Shown piece after piece: positions 51,701-64,000 of a stretch of DNA of 64,000 nt (its first letter is position 1; the number at the start of each line of letters is the position of its first letter). A program made the position numbers and the translations under genes. Below the pieces are notes generated by a model. The model saw nothing but the letters and a program-made list of their open reading frames with translations, searched no databases and had not been told where the DNA came from. This stretch comes from Phoronis australis (taxonomy: Eukaryota; Animalia; Phoronida): NCBI GenBank assembly GCA_002633005.1, contig NMRA01000367.1, positions 109,153 to 173,152 on the forward strand, given 5' to 3'.

Positions 51701-54700
51701 AGCATAGTTTTCTGTAAAATGATCGTAAATTAACAGCAAAGTTTGATAGCAATGCACCACAATTTTGTAGAAAGTCTGCCATAGGTTACAGATACGTCAC
51801 TGTGCGTAAATATGATGAATCTTAGCTTCCAATTTTACCCGTTCGGAGACCGGGTTTCAACCGCCTTGGGTTACAATAAGCACCTCCCTGAAATGAACTT
51901 TTCTAAGCGCCCTGGGTGGTTATTAGGGCAAATGCGGTACTCATTTCAACATGTCTTGCAATACTATAACATTTGTATTCAACGTACTGTCTATTGAGTC
52001 ATTTCTCTATGTTGTTTTACAAATTCATAAATGAAGAACTTCTCATTTTGTGATTTGTCTGTCATTAAAATGTTGCAGACATGATAAACATGTTGAAGCT
52101 GAGTTATGTCCCTTCGTGCTGTTGCTGGATCTACTCACCAGGTGATGCTGTATGTGCTGTGGCAGTGTAAGTATACTGACTATTGGGCAACACGTAGCCC
52201 CTCTGTTGGCCATTTAGGGGCAACACGTAGCCCCTCAGTTGGCCATTTAGGGGCGACAATTCTTTCCATCACTTTCTGTACGCATTTCGTCCCATGTATT
52301 TTAAATGGGCGGTTGGCCAAATCCAGCCACCGATTTTGAGTTTTCACCTCGTCAAAAATACATTCTACACTTAAAACTATCACTTAAAAAGTGCTTACAT
52401 TCTTCAGTGATCCTTTCTACTTCTACACATATCTTCGATGAAGCATATCTACTAGAATTAAGGTGACTTTGGAGAAGAATTCCAACTTCACTTTTTTGGT
52501 CACGTTAACTTTTTCACCACGCACACGTTAACCACAAAGTATGTCAACTGAGTCACGTGAGTTAGGCAAAGTGCTAGCGCAAGACTGAGCGAAGCGTGTG
52601 ACACTAGTGCGTGACACTTGCAAAATAGCATGAGAAGGTATCAGGTTAAATTTGTAAGATTTGTGTCCCTTGGACTTTTTATTCGATTTGTTCAAATTAT
52701 CTTGACTGGATCGTTTTCATACTTATGGTATGAGTTGTTTGTAACTCCATGTGCATGCATGTTTCATTTGATTTTATTTCCTTATTTTGAAATGAGTAAC
52801 TTTTTGTGGGGATGTACTATTGCCCCCGTTTGCCTGCGGCATCCAGGGCGATGTAATTGACTAACTGACTATATGCCACCTCTTCCTTTATAGAGTTGCT
52901 GTATTGGCAAACAAAATCAAAACAGAGGTTTAACAACAGGTTAATTGTTGAAGGTGGTCTGTTGTTTTTCAGTCTTGCCAACTACTGTGGTGCCCCGTAG
53001 TGGCATTTTTTTGACTGTACTCACTATATTTATCTGAGTATGAGTGACTGTACTCACTATACGTATCTGAGTATGAGTGACTACTCACTATATGTATCTG
53101 AGTATGAGTGACTGTACTCACTATACGTATCTGAGTATGAGTGACTACTCACTATATGTATCTGAGTATGAGTGACTGTCCTCTCTATGTATCTGAGTAT
53201 GAGTGACTGTACTCACTATACGTATCTGAGTATGAGTGACTACTCACTATATGTATCTGAGTATGAGTTACTGTACTCACTATATTTATCTGAGTATGAG
53301 TGACTACTCACTATAGGTATCTGAGTATGAGTGACTGTACTCACTATACGTATCTGAGTATGAGTGACCACTCACTATATGTATCTGAGTGTGAGTGACT
53401 ACTCACTATATGTATCTGAGTGTGAGTCACTACTCACTATATGTATCTGAGTGTGAGTGATAGCACTCAGTAAATGTGTCAGTAGCTGTCGTGTGGTGAA
53501 CTGATTGTCAGTCAGTATTTTAGACCAGTTTTAATGCCCACCAATCTGAACTGTTGACATTTTGCCTTTCAGAGCAGAAAAAGAAAGCAGTAAAATCCAT
53601 GTTTATGATGGCAGAGGTAGTGACCTGCCTCTACATACTGTTGACAAGTTACATTACAAGCCAGTCACACTTATAAAGGTTAGTCATGTATATGCAGTAC
53701 ATTGCAAACTCCTTGATGTCTGTGATGGCTGGAGCAGACACATAACATTATAGTCTTCACTCTGTTCAGTGAATGACTGCAACATAGTCACTTTAACAGC
53801 AAGTAGAAACTGGTGATCAATTTTAAGTGATTGCTACACTCACATGCCTTACCTTGCTTGTGAATGTAACCTGCTGAGTAAGAGCAGAAATTAGGAAAAA
53901 TTCAGGACACTAATCTGTGTGCAGTTCTGGACCAGTCGTCAAGATCAATAAACACAATGAGGTATATCTCTACACATGGTCCACTGAATTATAGTCATCA
54001 ACGCACAAAATGATTATATCTCTTTGAATCACTTTTGGGTACACCATTTTCTTGGTGTTAGGGAACTTTGTTTGACTTGAAGAACATTTGGTACTAGCAG
54101 TGTTCAAATTGAATGACTATCACTTAATCGCTTGGTCGCAGCAGAATCCCAAACGGTCACTCCGTTTTTGCAAATTTGCATATCTGAATTTGAATAATTT
54201 GTCAAGTCTAAATTACAATTCACGGCAATGATATTTGTTTATCACACAAAAACCGTTGTAAGTTGTGGCTTCCAACTTACCAAACAAACACTTACTTTGC
54301 ACACTTGGACTAGCTGGGGAAGTCTGCTTTCATCTCAAAATGCCTCACTGTACTTTCGAGTTTCAAACCGCTGTTTAGTGTAATTTTATTGGTGCAAAAC
54401 AATACGGCCAGGTTATTAATAAAGCCAGGCAATAAATAAGGCCAGGCAATAAATTTTCGTGTTTTGTGCCAAAGAGTGAACTAAGTGACACACAGTAATC
54501 ACCCATTCGCATCACAGACTAATTTGTTCACCTTTACTTGTGGTCTATTGTCAGGTGAAAGAGTTGATAAGTAGTTATCAAGTGGAAGTAGTCAATCTAA
54601 ATTGATGCAAAATACGGTCATCTTTGTTGACGTGCTCTTTTAACAGATACATCCCAGTATTCATTGAGTTTGTATGTGTTTAAACTGAGTGCTTTTTGTG

Positions 54701-57700
54701 TGTTTCATCCATTCCCAGTGCTTTTAGTGAATTATTGAATTTAGTATGTATCAGTACCTTCCATTTTGTAAAGGTTACGTCTAATTTGACACGCAAGGTG
54801 TTTGAAATTTTTACTACATGGTTTTAGTTTAGGATTTCACATGAATATAGCCATGGCTACATACAAATACAAATAACCTTAGTCTGAACACAAGCACATC
54901 TTCACATATAGGGGCATGCACAATATTATGAGTTTAAGTATAGCTTATAGGCACAAGGGACTAAATAGGCACATACACAGTATGTTCATTTAGACGTAGA
55001 GATTTAATGCTTTATTGGCCTGAAAGTTTATTCACTTGGCAAGACTGAGTGCATTTGAGATATTATATGTTGTTCATTTTTGTGTTGCTATAGATGGATG
55101 TAATCCTTGATGTGAAGACATTTCTATCTGTTCTTATGATTGTTCCTAGACAACAACTAATCACAGCGTGTTGTCACTCAAATGTTTAGTAACTTGCATG
55201 TGACACCATTATGTCCTTTCAGTTCTTGTAGCTGCAGTTCATTGTTAGTATACTTCCATCAACCAGTCCTGTTAATACTGTGTTGTTCATTCGCTGTTCA
55301 AGTTAAGACTAGCCAATTACTTTTCTTTGCTCCCCTGTTGTAGTACAATCCTGTCTATGAGGTGGTTATCTCCATGGACTCTGCTGGTATGATGGAGTAC
55401 TGGAGTGGACCTAAGGCTGACTTCAAGTTCCCCAAAAACGTCCAATGGCAATATAAGACGGATACAGATTTATACGAGTTTATCAAGGTGAGCAATAATT
55501 GGAGTACTGTCGTTTAAGCAGGTAGTAACTTCACCTTTGTCTTCTGAAAGATCTTGTAGTGAGGTTTTCTACTTTCGATTTGAGAGAAGGGTATTCCCCC
55601 ACTTGTTGTGAATTATCACTTCATTAGTTTCATCAAAAGCACTGAGGACCAGTTCACACTGCTCACCCTAGATATAGAAAATGGTTTTCAGCTGAAAATG
55701 AAGACACTAGCCATCTTCGTGGACCTAACCAAAGCCTTCAACAAGGTGTGGAAGGAAGTCTTGCTCCTCCTAATACAAGTGTGTGGCAAAATGTATGCGT
55801 GGATTAAGGTTATCTCCAACCTTATTTAGTGGCAGACATTCTAACTCATATTTCAAACCTTATTTAGTGGCAGACATTCTAACTCATATTTCAAACCTTA
55901 TTTAGTGGCAGACATTCTAACTCATGTCAAAAAACTAAGCTTTGTCAACTAGTAAAAGTATATATTTTCTGAAAAAACAAAGACCAGGAAATATAAATAC
56001 ACTTTTTGTATTTAGGTGTCATTATTTTTACTTAAAAATTTCATTTTTAAGAAAGGTACATTCATAGCAAATTAACCTCTCAGTCGATTTTAATGAAACC
56101 TTTTCTAAATGAAAACTTCACCTGTTACCTCAAAAACGCTGTTAGGAATTTTCGATTAGTCTGTTCGTTTGGTTTATGTGACAAATCAACTCGCGAAACG
56201 TAAGGTATTTTTGTGAAAAATTGAAGTCTTATTGGTCTTTGTCACATTACGCAAAAACTAGGCCTTTATATCAAAAATCCTAACAATGTTTTTGAGATTG
56301 ATGACTAAATATTAATTTTGGAAAGTTTCAGCAAAATCCATCTAGCCGTTTTCAAGTACTAGTGTTCCTAAGTTCAAATAAAGTCGATTTACCGAAGCCG
56401 AGAAAAAGCCGATTAAACTGGGACAAGTGAAAATCTCGAAGTCTTCAGTTAATTATTTGGTGAAAACTTGTTACACATAACCTATACAATCCTTAACTAT
56501 GTTAGCTATTTCAACGTTCACTCGCAATGTCAACTGATTTTGCAGTGCGCAACTAATTTAATTATCATTAAAACCTCAAATAGATGTATTGTTCCCAGCC
56601 AACTTTTACTGTTGGTTACGACCTGCTTTCTAAGTAGGTCACATTTCATAGCCCGTACACGTCACGTGCTGGGAGACTGATACGAAACCAAGTAAGAAAT
56701 GGATTACAAAAATCGAATCGGTGGTTAAAGTATGCCGTTAGTATGAGATTGAAACATCAAAATGTCAACTTATTAACTGAATTAAGGAATTAGGGTGAGG
56801 ATTTATCTCTTTTCGCAACTTTCATGACCACAGAGGCCTGAGGCGACTCGTAGCATTCGTTTTCAACGCCAACGGTTTTATGCATGTAGACGCACAACTC
56901 CCGTAGGATCAAAGCTACGTTTTGTCTTCGTTTTCCCCGGCACTATTCTATCATAAGTACACCTCGTTGGCTCAATGTTATGGCGACTTTGTGAATGAAA
57001 GGACTGAGGGTATACGAAGCTGTTCTGTACCTGGCGGGAGATTCGATTTAATTGAAAACCCTTTAACCTTTGACCTTGGATAAGTAGTAAACAAATATCA
57101 ACGCGGTTGTGCGGTTCTAAGGTTGTTCTGCTAAATCTTTTTTTTCTCGCTACGTGGTATATATTTTGTATTTGAAGTTCCCCGAGAATGAAGATAAGGT
57201 ATTTTACTAGACATAAGTGAATTATTGTAAAAATGGCCAATTTTTTTGAATAAGGTTGGAGATAACCTTAACAGTTACCTCTTCCAAAGATCTGCAAGAG
57301 TAAAGCTGGAAGGACAGACAAGCATGTTGTTCAGTATTAAGGAAGGAGTACCCCAGGGCAGCATAATTGCACTGAGTCTCTCTTTGTTGCCTTCACTGAT
57401 GACATGGCTGACCACCTGTCCATGCCCATCTCAAGGACTCTCCATGCAGATAACCTGGCTGTATGGACAAAAGCAGAATACATCACCACAGTAGTGTGCA
57501 GAATCCAGGAAACCATGGACATCATCCTAAACTGGGCAAGAGTGGATGGTCACAATCAACAGGACCAAAACAGAGGCCACATGCCTTTCCACCTCTCCCA
57601 AAAAAAGAGTTCTCGGTGAAGAAACCCCGACCTACCTCAAGGTTAAACTGGACTAGAGGCTTACTTGGTCCCCGCACATTGCTGTCATGTGTAGCAAAGC

Positions 57701-60700
57701 TAATAAGAAAATTGCCGTGATGAAGAAACTGGCTGGTAACAGTTGGGGCTCTAACATGAAGATCTTTACCCAAGATTACACAGGATCTGTCAGACCTCAG
57801 ATGGAGTACGCCTCTAACGCATGATCTACAGCTGCCAAAGCCAACACAGACAACTTAACCAGGGTCTAGAATACTGGTCTGTGCTTAATTTCAGGAGGCA
57901 TGAAGACTACCCCCATCACGGAAATGGAGAAGACTGCAGGCTTAAAATCATTGGAAGAAAGACGGGATGAGAAACTCCTGAGACAGGGTGAAAAGATGAA
58001 GAAGCTTCCATCACATCCACTGCACTCCAACCTTCAAGTCTCGACCAAAAACCACCTCATCAAGGCACTTCAGCAGAAACATCAACATCTGCTACCCTCA
58101 ATCAACCAACCACAAGAATTGCTCTAAGGCTTTGAAGAATGGTTGCTGGATGTTCTTCCTTCCTATCATTCTCGACATCCCTGGGATTGGAGCAAAGCAT
58201 ACACAACTGGAGGCTGTCGTGAAGGCCATCACTCTAGACATCCTGGACAGAGACAACCCGACCACCACCTGGACCCAAGTCTATACTGATGGCTCTGCTG
58301 AGAATGCTGTCAGAAATTCGGGGGGTGGTGTATTCATCAAATACCCAGACGGCAACTCTCTGCACAAGTCCATTGCCACAGGCCTTTCAGATGGTCATAT
58401 GATCACACTCCATGACTGTAGATGGTAAAACGGCCACCCTCCATGACTGTAGATGGTAGTATGGTCACACTCTATGACTGTAGATGGTCACGTGGTCACA
58501 GTCCACAGCTGTAGATGGTCATATGCTCACAATCCAAGACTGTTGCTGGTGAAATGGCCGCGCTCCATCACTGTAGATGGTCATATGGTCACGGCCCATT
58601 ACTGTAGATGGTCATATGGTCACAGCCCATTACTGTAGATGGTTATATGGTCACAGTCCACTTCTGTAGATGATCATGTAATCACAGTCCATGACTGTAG
58701 ATGGTAATGTGGTCACGGTTCACGACTGAAGAGGGTTGATTATTCTGTTTCCTTCTAGGTTAAAGCTGTTCCTACAAGTCTTGCTGTATCAAGGGATGGA
58801 AAGCTTCTTGCTACCATGGCAACAGATAGAAAGGTAACTGACTTCTTTTCCAGGTTAATTTATCATTATTTAGGACCCTAGAAAATGTCCAAACTTTCTC
58901 ACTCAGTCTTTTTAGTGAAACATGAACTTTTGAACCATTGTGCAATTCTAGTATTAGTCATGGTTTATAGACTGTTTTCCAAAACTCTGTTTGAAATTGT
59001 TCTTAAAATGTTCTGTTTTTGTACAAGAGGCTTAAAAATAGAACTTACCAGTATATGATTTTTATGTGCTTACATAATGTGGGTGCATAATGTGGGTGCA
59101 TATTGTCATCTTCTACGTCTAGTCGTCCGCTGCTGTATTTCCTAAACCTTGAATGATCTTCATGAGATTTGATGGATGTGTTTCTATGAAACTGACTACA
59201 CAAGACAAGTCTCGGACCAATCTAACTACCCCTTTGCCCCCTAGTGGTAATTTTAGTTTTTTACATTAAATTTTGTCTCTGTATCTTCAGAATTCCTTGA
59301 TGGTTTTTCATGCAATTTGGCAAACAAATTTCTATTATGAATGCTACAGCACTTTTCCATTTTGCGATGGATTCGACATATTCCGCGCCACATAGTGTCC
59401 ATTTTTATTATTTGTGAATCATTTTTGTCTTATGCCTCTGTATCTGCCAAATGGCCCAGAGGATCATTATGAAAATTTGCACTGTGACAATACATGTGTT
59501 CCTACTGAGCTCAACTAACATGGATTTTCAGATGTACTGCAGTGCCTCTTGCTATCTGCATCTGTATCTTAACACCTTGCGTCTGTATCTAATGTCCGTT
59601 TTTATGATACTATAAAACACCCTTTGAAGCATACCATTAGCGGAACATAGTTGTGGGTGCACTTCAACGATACACGTTGCTCTTGTTATAAACTTGTTTA
59701 CAATGAAAATGAAATGATAATTTAGAAAACTGTAGCTTGTTTTTTCACTGAGATAGTTGTAATTGACACCAACAGGATTTTTTCCCACAAAACTTGCTGA
59801 TTTTGTTATTTTTTTATTCAATTCGCTATAAAAGCTTGTCTGGGATTGTCTTTTAGTCCTATTGATCTAAGAGCTCAGCTGTCAAAAATGCAGACATGTT
59901 TTAGGAATGTTTAAATCTTCATTTTAATGGCAGAGTTCTTGGGCTAACAGTCCTTAAAAGAACAGACCAAACAGGATTTTGTTGTGGATAGAATGAAAGA
60001 AAGAAGTTCCAAGTTTCATGAAAAAATATCTTTTTGTGGAGATTACAGTCCTTCATGAAAATTCAAGATTTTTAAAAAAAGGACAGTCACATGATTACAA
60101 ACATCTGGGCTTTATTTTTGGGCACATAAGGTTCTGTGATCATCAAGGAATTTGTTGAGTCTACAATTAAGGCTTATTTGAGAAATGTAATCCTTGATAA
60201 TGAAGAGGGTCAGTGCCTTTTGCATTCTAGAACTGTAACACCTGTATTTAATTATAATGAATAGAACTGTAACACCTGTATTTAATTATAATGAATAGAA
60301 CTGTAACACCTGTATTTAATTATAATGAATAGAACTGTAACACCTGTATTTAATTATAATGAATAGAACTGTAACACCTGTATTTAATTGTGTGCAATCT
60401 CTGTATTTGTTGTCTTTGTTTCAGATTCGAGTGTTCAAGTTTTTAACAGGAAAGATATCCAAAGTTATAGATGAATCTCTGCAACAGTTCATAGAATTAC
60501 AACAGGTTTGTGACTGATGTGGAACTATAATAGGCAAACACACTGATGTGGAACTGTAATAGGCGAATACGCTGAAGGCTGAACAAATGTTACACACTCA
60601 TATTGGCACTCTGTATTATCACTGGTTCATTAACACCATGTTTAACTGTTCTTACCACAAATATTATCACTGTGGTTCACTCAACCACTGCACACTACTT

Positions 60701-63621
60701 ACCAGTAACTATAGTAACACGTCCACTATACCAGTAACTATAGTAACACGTCCACTATACCAGTAACTATAGTAACACGTCCACTATACCAGTAACTATA
60801 GTAACACATCCACTATACCAGTAACTATAGTAACATGTCCACTATACCAGTAACTATAGTAACACGTCCACTATACCAGTAACTATAGTAACACGTCCAC
60901 TATACCAGTAACTATAGTAACACGTCCACTATACCTCATTTCCTCAGGAGTTTTATTAGTAGTTTAGTTCACTACACGTTACTTAATAGGAACCCAACTG
61001 TTGTTGTGATTTCCTGTTTCAGGCCAAGCAACAGCTTGCTAATATGGAGTTTGGTCGGCGTGTTGCTGTAGAGAGAGACTTGGAGAAGTCTGATCACATG
61101 CATCTGGCTAATGTAGGTAGGTACTAGGAAGTGTGCTATGTAAACCTGAACATGTGGTTGGAGATGTCTGACTGTAGACTTCTGGTTTATCATATAAACC
61201 TGAACATTTGGTTAGAGATGACACCATCAGGTATTGGGCAGTTTAAAATTGGTCACTTAAGTCATGTATACCTACGTGTGACCAGTTCTACCATCATATT
61301 AGTACTGGAACTTACCAATATGTCAATATCCTTCAAGTTTCTAGGAGTCAGATGCATGTTGATAAAGCATTCTCCCTTCAAAGCCGTATCATGGTATTTA
61401 TTATGCACTCTGTCTTCAGTGATTCTGTCATATGAATGTTCCTGTTCACCTGTCATATGAATGTTCCTGTTCACCTGTCATATGAATGTTCCTGTTCACC
61501 TGTCATATGAATGTTCCAGTGTTCACCTGTCATATGAATGTTCATGTTCACCTGTCATATGAATGTTCCTGTTCACCTGTCATTGAGCTTGTCAACACAT
61601 AACTAGTCCACATTCAAATGATGATTTGTGTTCAGTTTTGAATTTTTCCTGCAATTTGTTTTATGAGTAATGTTTGCTTATCACGTGTGTACATACCTTT
61701 TGGCCCATTTGTATGAAGTTCAATTGTTGTGCCTGCAGCAATTAGTGACATTTTCTGAGATCCTTTTGATGTTACTAGATTAGTGTTCGTTTGGTTTTGG
61801 AATTTTATCTGTTTTTCCAACTCTTTATTTGTGTAATGTTATTTTGTATTCTGGATGAGTTTCAGTATTCGACACACCAGGTCAATTTCTTATTTCTCTT
61901 TTTCAGTATTTGACTCTTCAGGTCACTTTTTGATGTATCCAACAATGCTGGGAATCAAAGGTAATGATCATCTATGTACAGTGTGTGTCTGGCCTAAGAC
62001 TTTGTACTTACAATACTGTCATTATGTTATTAAGACTAGGTGTAGTACTTCCCAATTTAAGTCGTCATTATGTTATTAAGACTAGATGTAGTACTTCCCA
62101 ATGTAAGTCGTCATTATGTTATTAAGACTAGATGTAGTACTTCCCAATGTAAGTCGTCATTATGTTATTAAGGCTAGATGTAGTACTTCCCAATGTAAGT
62201 CGTCAGCTGCTCTCTGTCTCTAAACCCCCTTGATGCATGAATGAAATTTTGCAGATATCTTCTGTACATGGATAGGACAGCATGAGTGAACTTTTGGAAA
62301 GATTCGAACCCCCTAGGGGAAGTTTTAGTTTTTTACGTTTGCTGCTGTTTCTTCAGAATTCCATTTGGGAGATTTTCATGTTTGTATAATGCAGATAACA
62401 TGATCTTTCTGTTTTGAGCTAGTTTCAGTGTGTTTTGCGCAACCAAGTGGCCATTTTCAGTTTTTCAATTGTTTTTGGCGTCTGCTCCTCTGTCGGCCAA
62501 ACCATTTTAAAGATGATTATGAAAATTAGCATACATGTATGTATTCCTCCTGGGAAAAGGACGTCTGATGATTTATGGATGGCTCTGACTGCTGTGGTGC
62601 CTCGTATTGACTGTTTTGTTTTGTTTGTTTTTTTTTGCATCCATGTCTACTCCTAAACCCTTTGAAAATCTTCGTTAATTTTTGGCGACTATATTGATAT
62701 GAAGACGGATCCAACTACTCTTGTGCCCCCTAGTGGCGATTTTATTTTTTCCGTTTCCCTAGGCTTCTATCAAAGAGGCTATGGTATCTTCCCCTTTTCA
62801 GATCTCTATTGGCTAAACCACTCTTAGAATCATTATGAAAATTGGTAAATGTTTTTTTACTTACTGGGAAGAGCATGGTTGACAATGATTTTGGACATCT
62901 TTAACAACTTTGACCCTTTGATGCAGTTTTGCTTTTTGCATCCACATCTGATTCTCCTAAAGCCCTGCAGGATCTTGGTGAAATTTGGCAAGTGTATTTC
63001 TATGAAGTGACAGCAGATAACAATGACTTTTAGGTGTTCCTGATTAGCACTGTGCCCCTTAGTGGCAGTTTAGGTTACTTACTATCTTAGCAGTTGTGTT
63101 CCTATTAAGAACAGCATTGCTGACGTGCTGTGCACCACCTACAGGTTGTTTTATGTCTACTAGCATTGGTCCTTTTTGTATTAATGTTTAAAGTAGTAAT
63201 CATTCCATGGATCTGCACCATATGGCATGCTCTTGTACTAGATGTTGTGAAAATGGGATAAACGAGTGCGAGATCTTACTAATTACATATATTTATTGGG
63301 TGATCTTGAAGTATGTAAAATTTGGATGTCTTGAATTGTGAACTCTCGCATTGATATTGTAATCCTACTGGTTTCAGTTGTTAACCTGCATACAAACAAC
63401 TGTGTGAGAATCTTGGGTCGGTCAGAAAACGCTCGCTTTCTGTGTCTTGGCTTGTTCCAAGGTTCAGCCAAGTCGACTATAGCAGCCCCTACTGTAGAGA
63501 TGACTGCATCGGATAACCCTTCCCTTCAAGCTGGCTTACCTGATCCTACACTCTTCTGTACTGCATATAAAAAGAACAGGTTTTACCTGTTCACCCGAAG
63601 AGCACCCGATGACACAGACAG
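45711..63621 (+). CDS. PPWD1: Peptidylprolyl isomerase domain and WD repeat-containing protein 1 (spliceosomal cyclophilin); partial, continues past the window
   Basis: In-frame GT-AG exons 45711-45813, 46191-46294, 48910-49005, 52079-52166, 53573-53678, 55344-55487, 58759-58833, 60425-60505, 61023-61116, 61907-61960, 63378-63621. Peptides [68 protein letters not shown] and [20 protein letters not shown] match PPWD1. Confidence 0.96.
46569..48137. mobile_element. ISL2EU-like DNA transposon relic with THAP-domain start, in a PPWD1 intron
   Basis: AT on both sides, TIRs tgaccttgcgccag / ctggcgtaaggtca. From ATG 46724: [16 protein letters not shown]...FCPFPKPK...RWI...VCSK (THAP zinc finger, frameshifted). 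A convergent remnant from the right end contains [10 protein letters not shown]. Confidence 0.8.
50290..51937. mobile_element. pogo/Tigger-like non-autonomous element with a HIRAN-like remnant
   Basis: TA-flanked TIRs ctgtattcgccctaataaccaccca / tgggtggttattagggcaaatgcgg. The minus strand at about 50480-50655 reads [58 protein letters not shown]. Confidence 0.75.
51155..51355. repeat. 25-bp minisatellite, about 8 copies
   Basis: Unit atacaatgcacatctagctcactag. Confidence 0.95.
53012..53460. repeat. 30/33-bp alternating minisatellite, about 14 copies
   Basis: Unit tgact(gt)actcactata(c/t)gtatctgagtatgag. Confidence 0.95.
55635..58385 (+). mobile_element. Degenerate 5'-truncated non-LTR retrotransposon with RT and RNase H (I/Nimb/Ingi-like), split by a DNA transposon
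   Basis: STEDQ...[32 protein letters not shown] (decayed YADD region), [10 protein letters not shown] and RNase [19 protein letters not shown]. Frameshifts and stops throughout. Confidence 0.9.
55808..57267. mobile_element. Kolobok-like element inserted in the LINE RT
   Basis: TTAA on both sides and TIRs ggttatctccaaccttatt / aataaggttggagataacc. Removing it restores the RT reading [16 protein letters not shown]. Confidence 0.88.
58388..58730. repeat. About 31-bp degenerate minisatellite just upstream of a PPWD1 acceptor
   Basis: Unit tgtagatggtcatatggtcacagtccatgac, about 11 copies. Confidence 0.9.
60228..60389. repeat. 34-bp minisatellite, about 5 copies
   Basis: Unit agaactgtaacacctgtatttaattataatgaat. 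Confidence 0.95.
60700..60935. repeat. 29-bp minisatellite, about 8 copies
   Basis: Unit accagtaactatagtaacacgtccactat. Confidence 0.95.
61426..61583. repeat. 25-bp minisatellite, about 6 copies
   Basis: Unit tgtcatatgaatgttcctgttcacc. Confidence 0.95.
62017..62204. repeat. 46-bp minisatellite, 4 copies
   Basis: Unit gtcattatgttattaagactagatgtagtacttcccaatgtaagtc. Confidence 0.95.
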
Positions 63622-64000
63622 GTACAGGTTTCACCTTATGATGATCAATTTTGCTTGCAGCATTTGTTTGGCTTAGAATGACGCATCAAGACTCGTCATA
63701 TATGGCTGTAATGATTGATCAAGTCCACTTGCGTTCAGCCATCATGACAAAGAATAACAGTTCTTTGTGCTTAGCTGTTGTAATGGAGAGTAATGATTTG
63801 GCTTGTCTTTATTACTTTTGGCCTGCTTTGCGTTTTGTATAGAATAAATCTGTTGATGTCGAAATTGCATAATGTTAGTTTGGGACATTCCTTGGGCAGA
63901 CTCATGATTCTCTGCGTTTTTCTTTATTGTTACTTTCCATGTTGAAGCGCTGTACTACAACTATCAGCAGACAACGTTCTCATAATTGTGAGCTGTTATA

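Overview
AT-rich, intron-rich genomic DNA from an invertebrate animal (an echinoderm-like deuterostome is my guess, not provable from the sequence), with one N-gap at 24589-24677. Four protein-coding genes can be partly reconstructed exon by exon. (1) A minus-strand cell-surface-type gene with six tandemly duplicated Thr/Ser-rich mucin-like exons followed by three Ig-like exons (5327-17170). (2) Cytochrome c1, CYC1 (minus, 7 exons, 29414-37809). (3) The large terminal exon of TMEM53 (plus, 41323-41974). (4) PPWD1 (plus, 11 WD40-region exons from 45711, continuing past the window end). I could not confidently find the first exons of CYC1, TMEM53 or PPWD1. Introns and intergenic DNA carry many transposon relics: a hAT transposase remnant, two ISL2EU-like THAP elements with AT target duplications, two Kolobok-like TTAA elements, two pogo-like TA elements with HIRAN-like remnants, a hAT MITE, Helentron-like repeats, an RNase H-bearing LINE and a tRNA-derived SINE. 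The most unusual pattern is that CYC1 and PPWD1 exon-intron junctions are repeatedly accompanied by duplicated copies of the junction itself and by unrelated minisatellite arrays. There is no prokaryote-type system (CRISPR, operon). All homology calls come from motif recognition by eye, not database searches.
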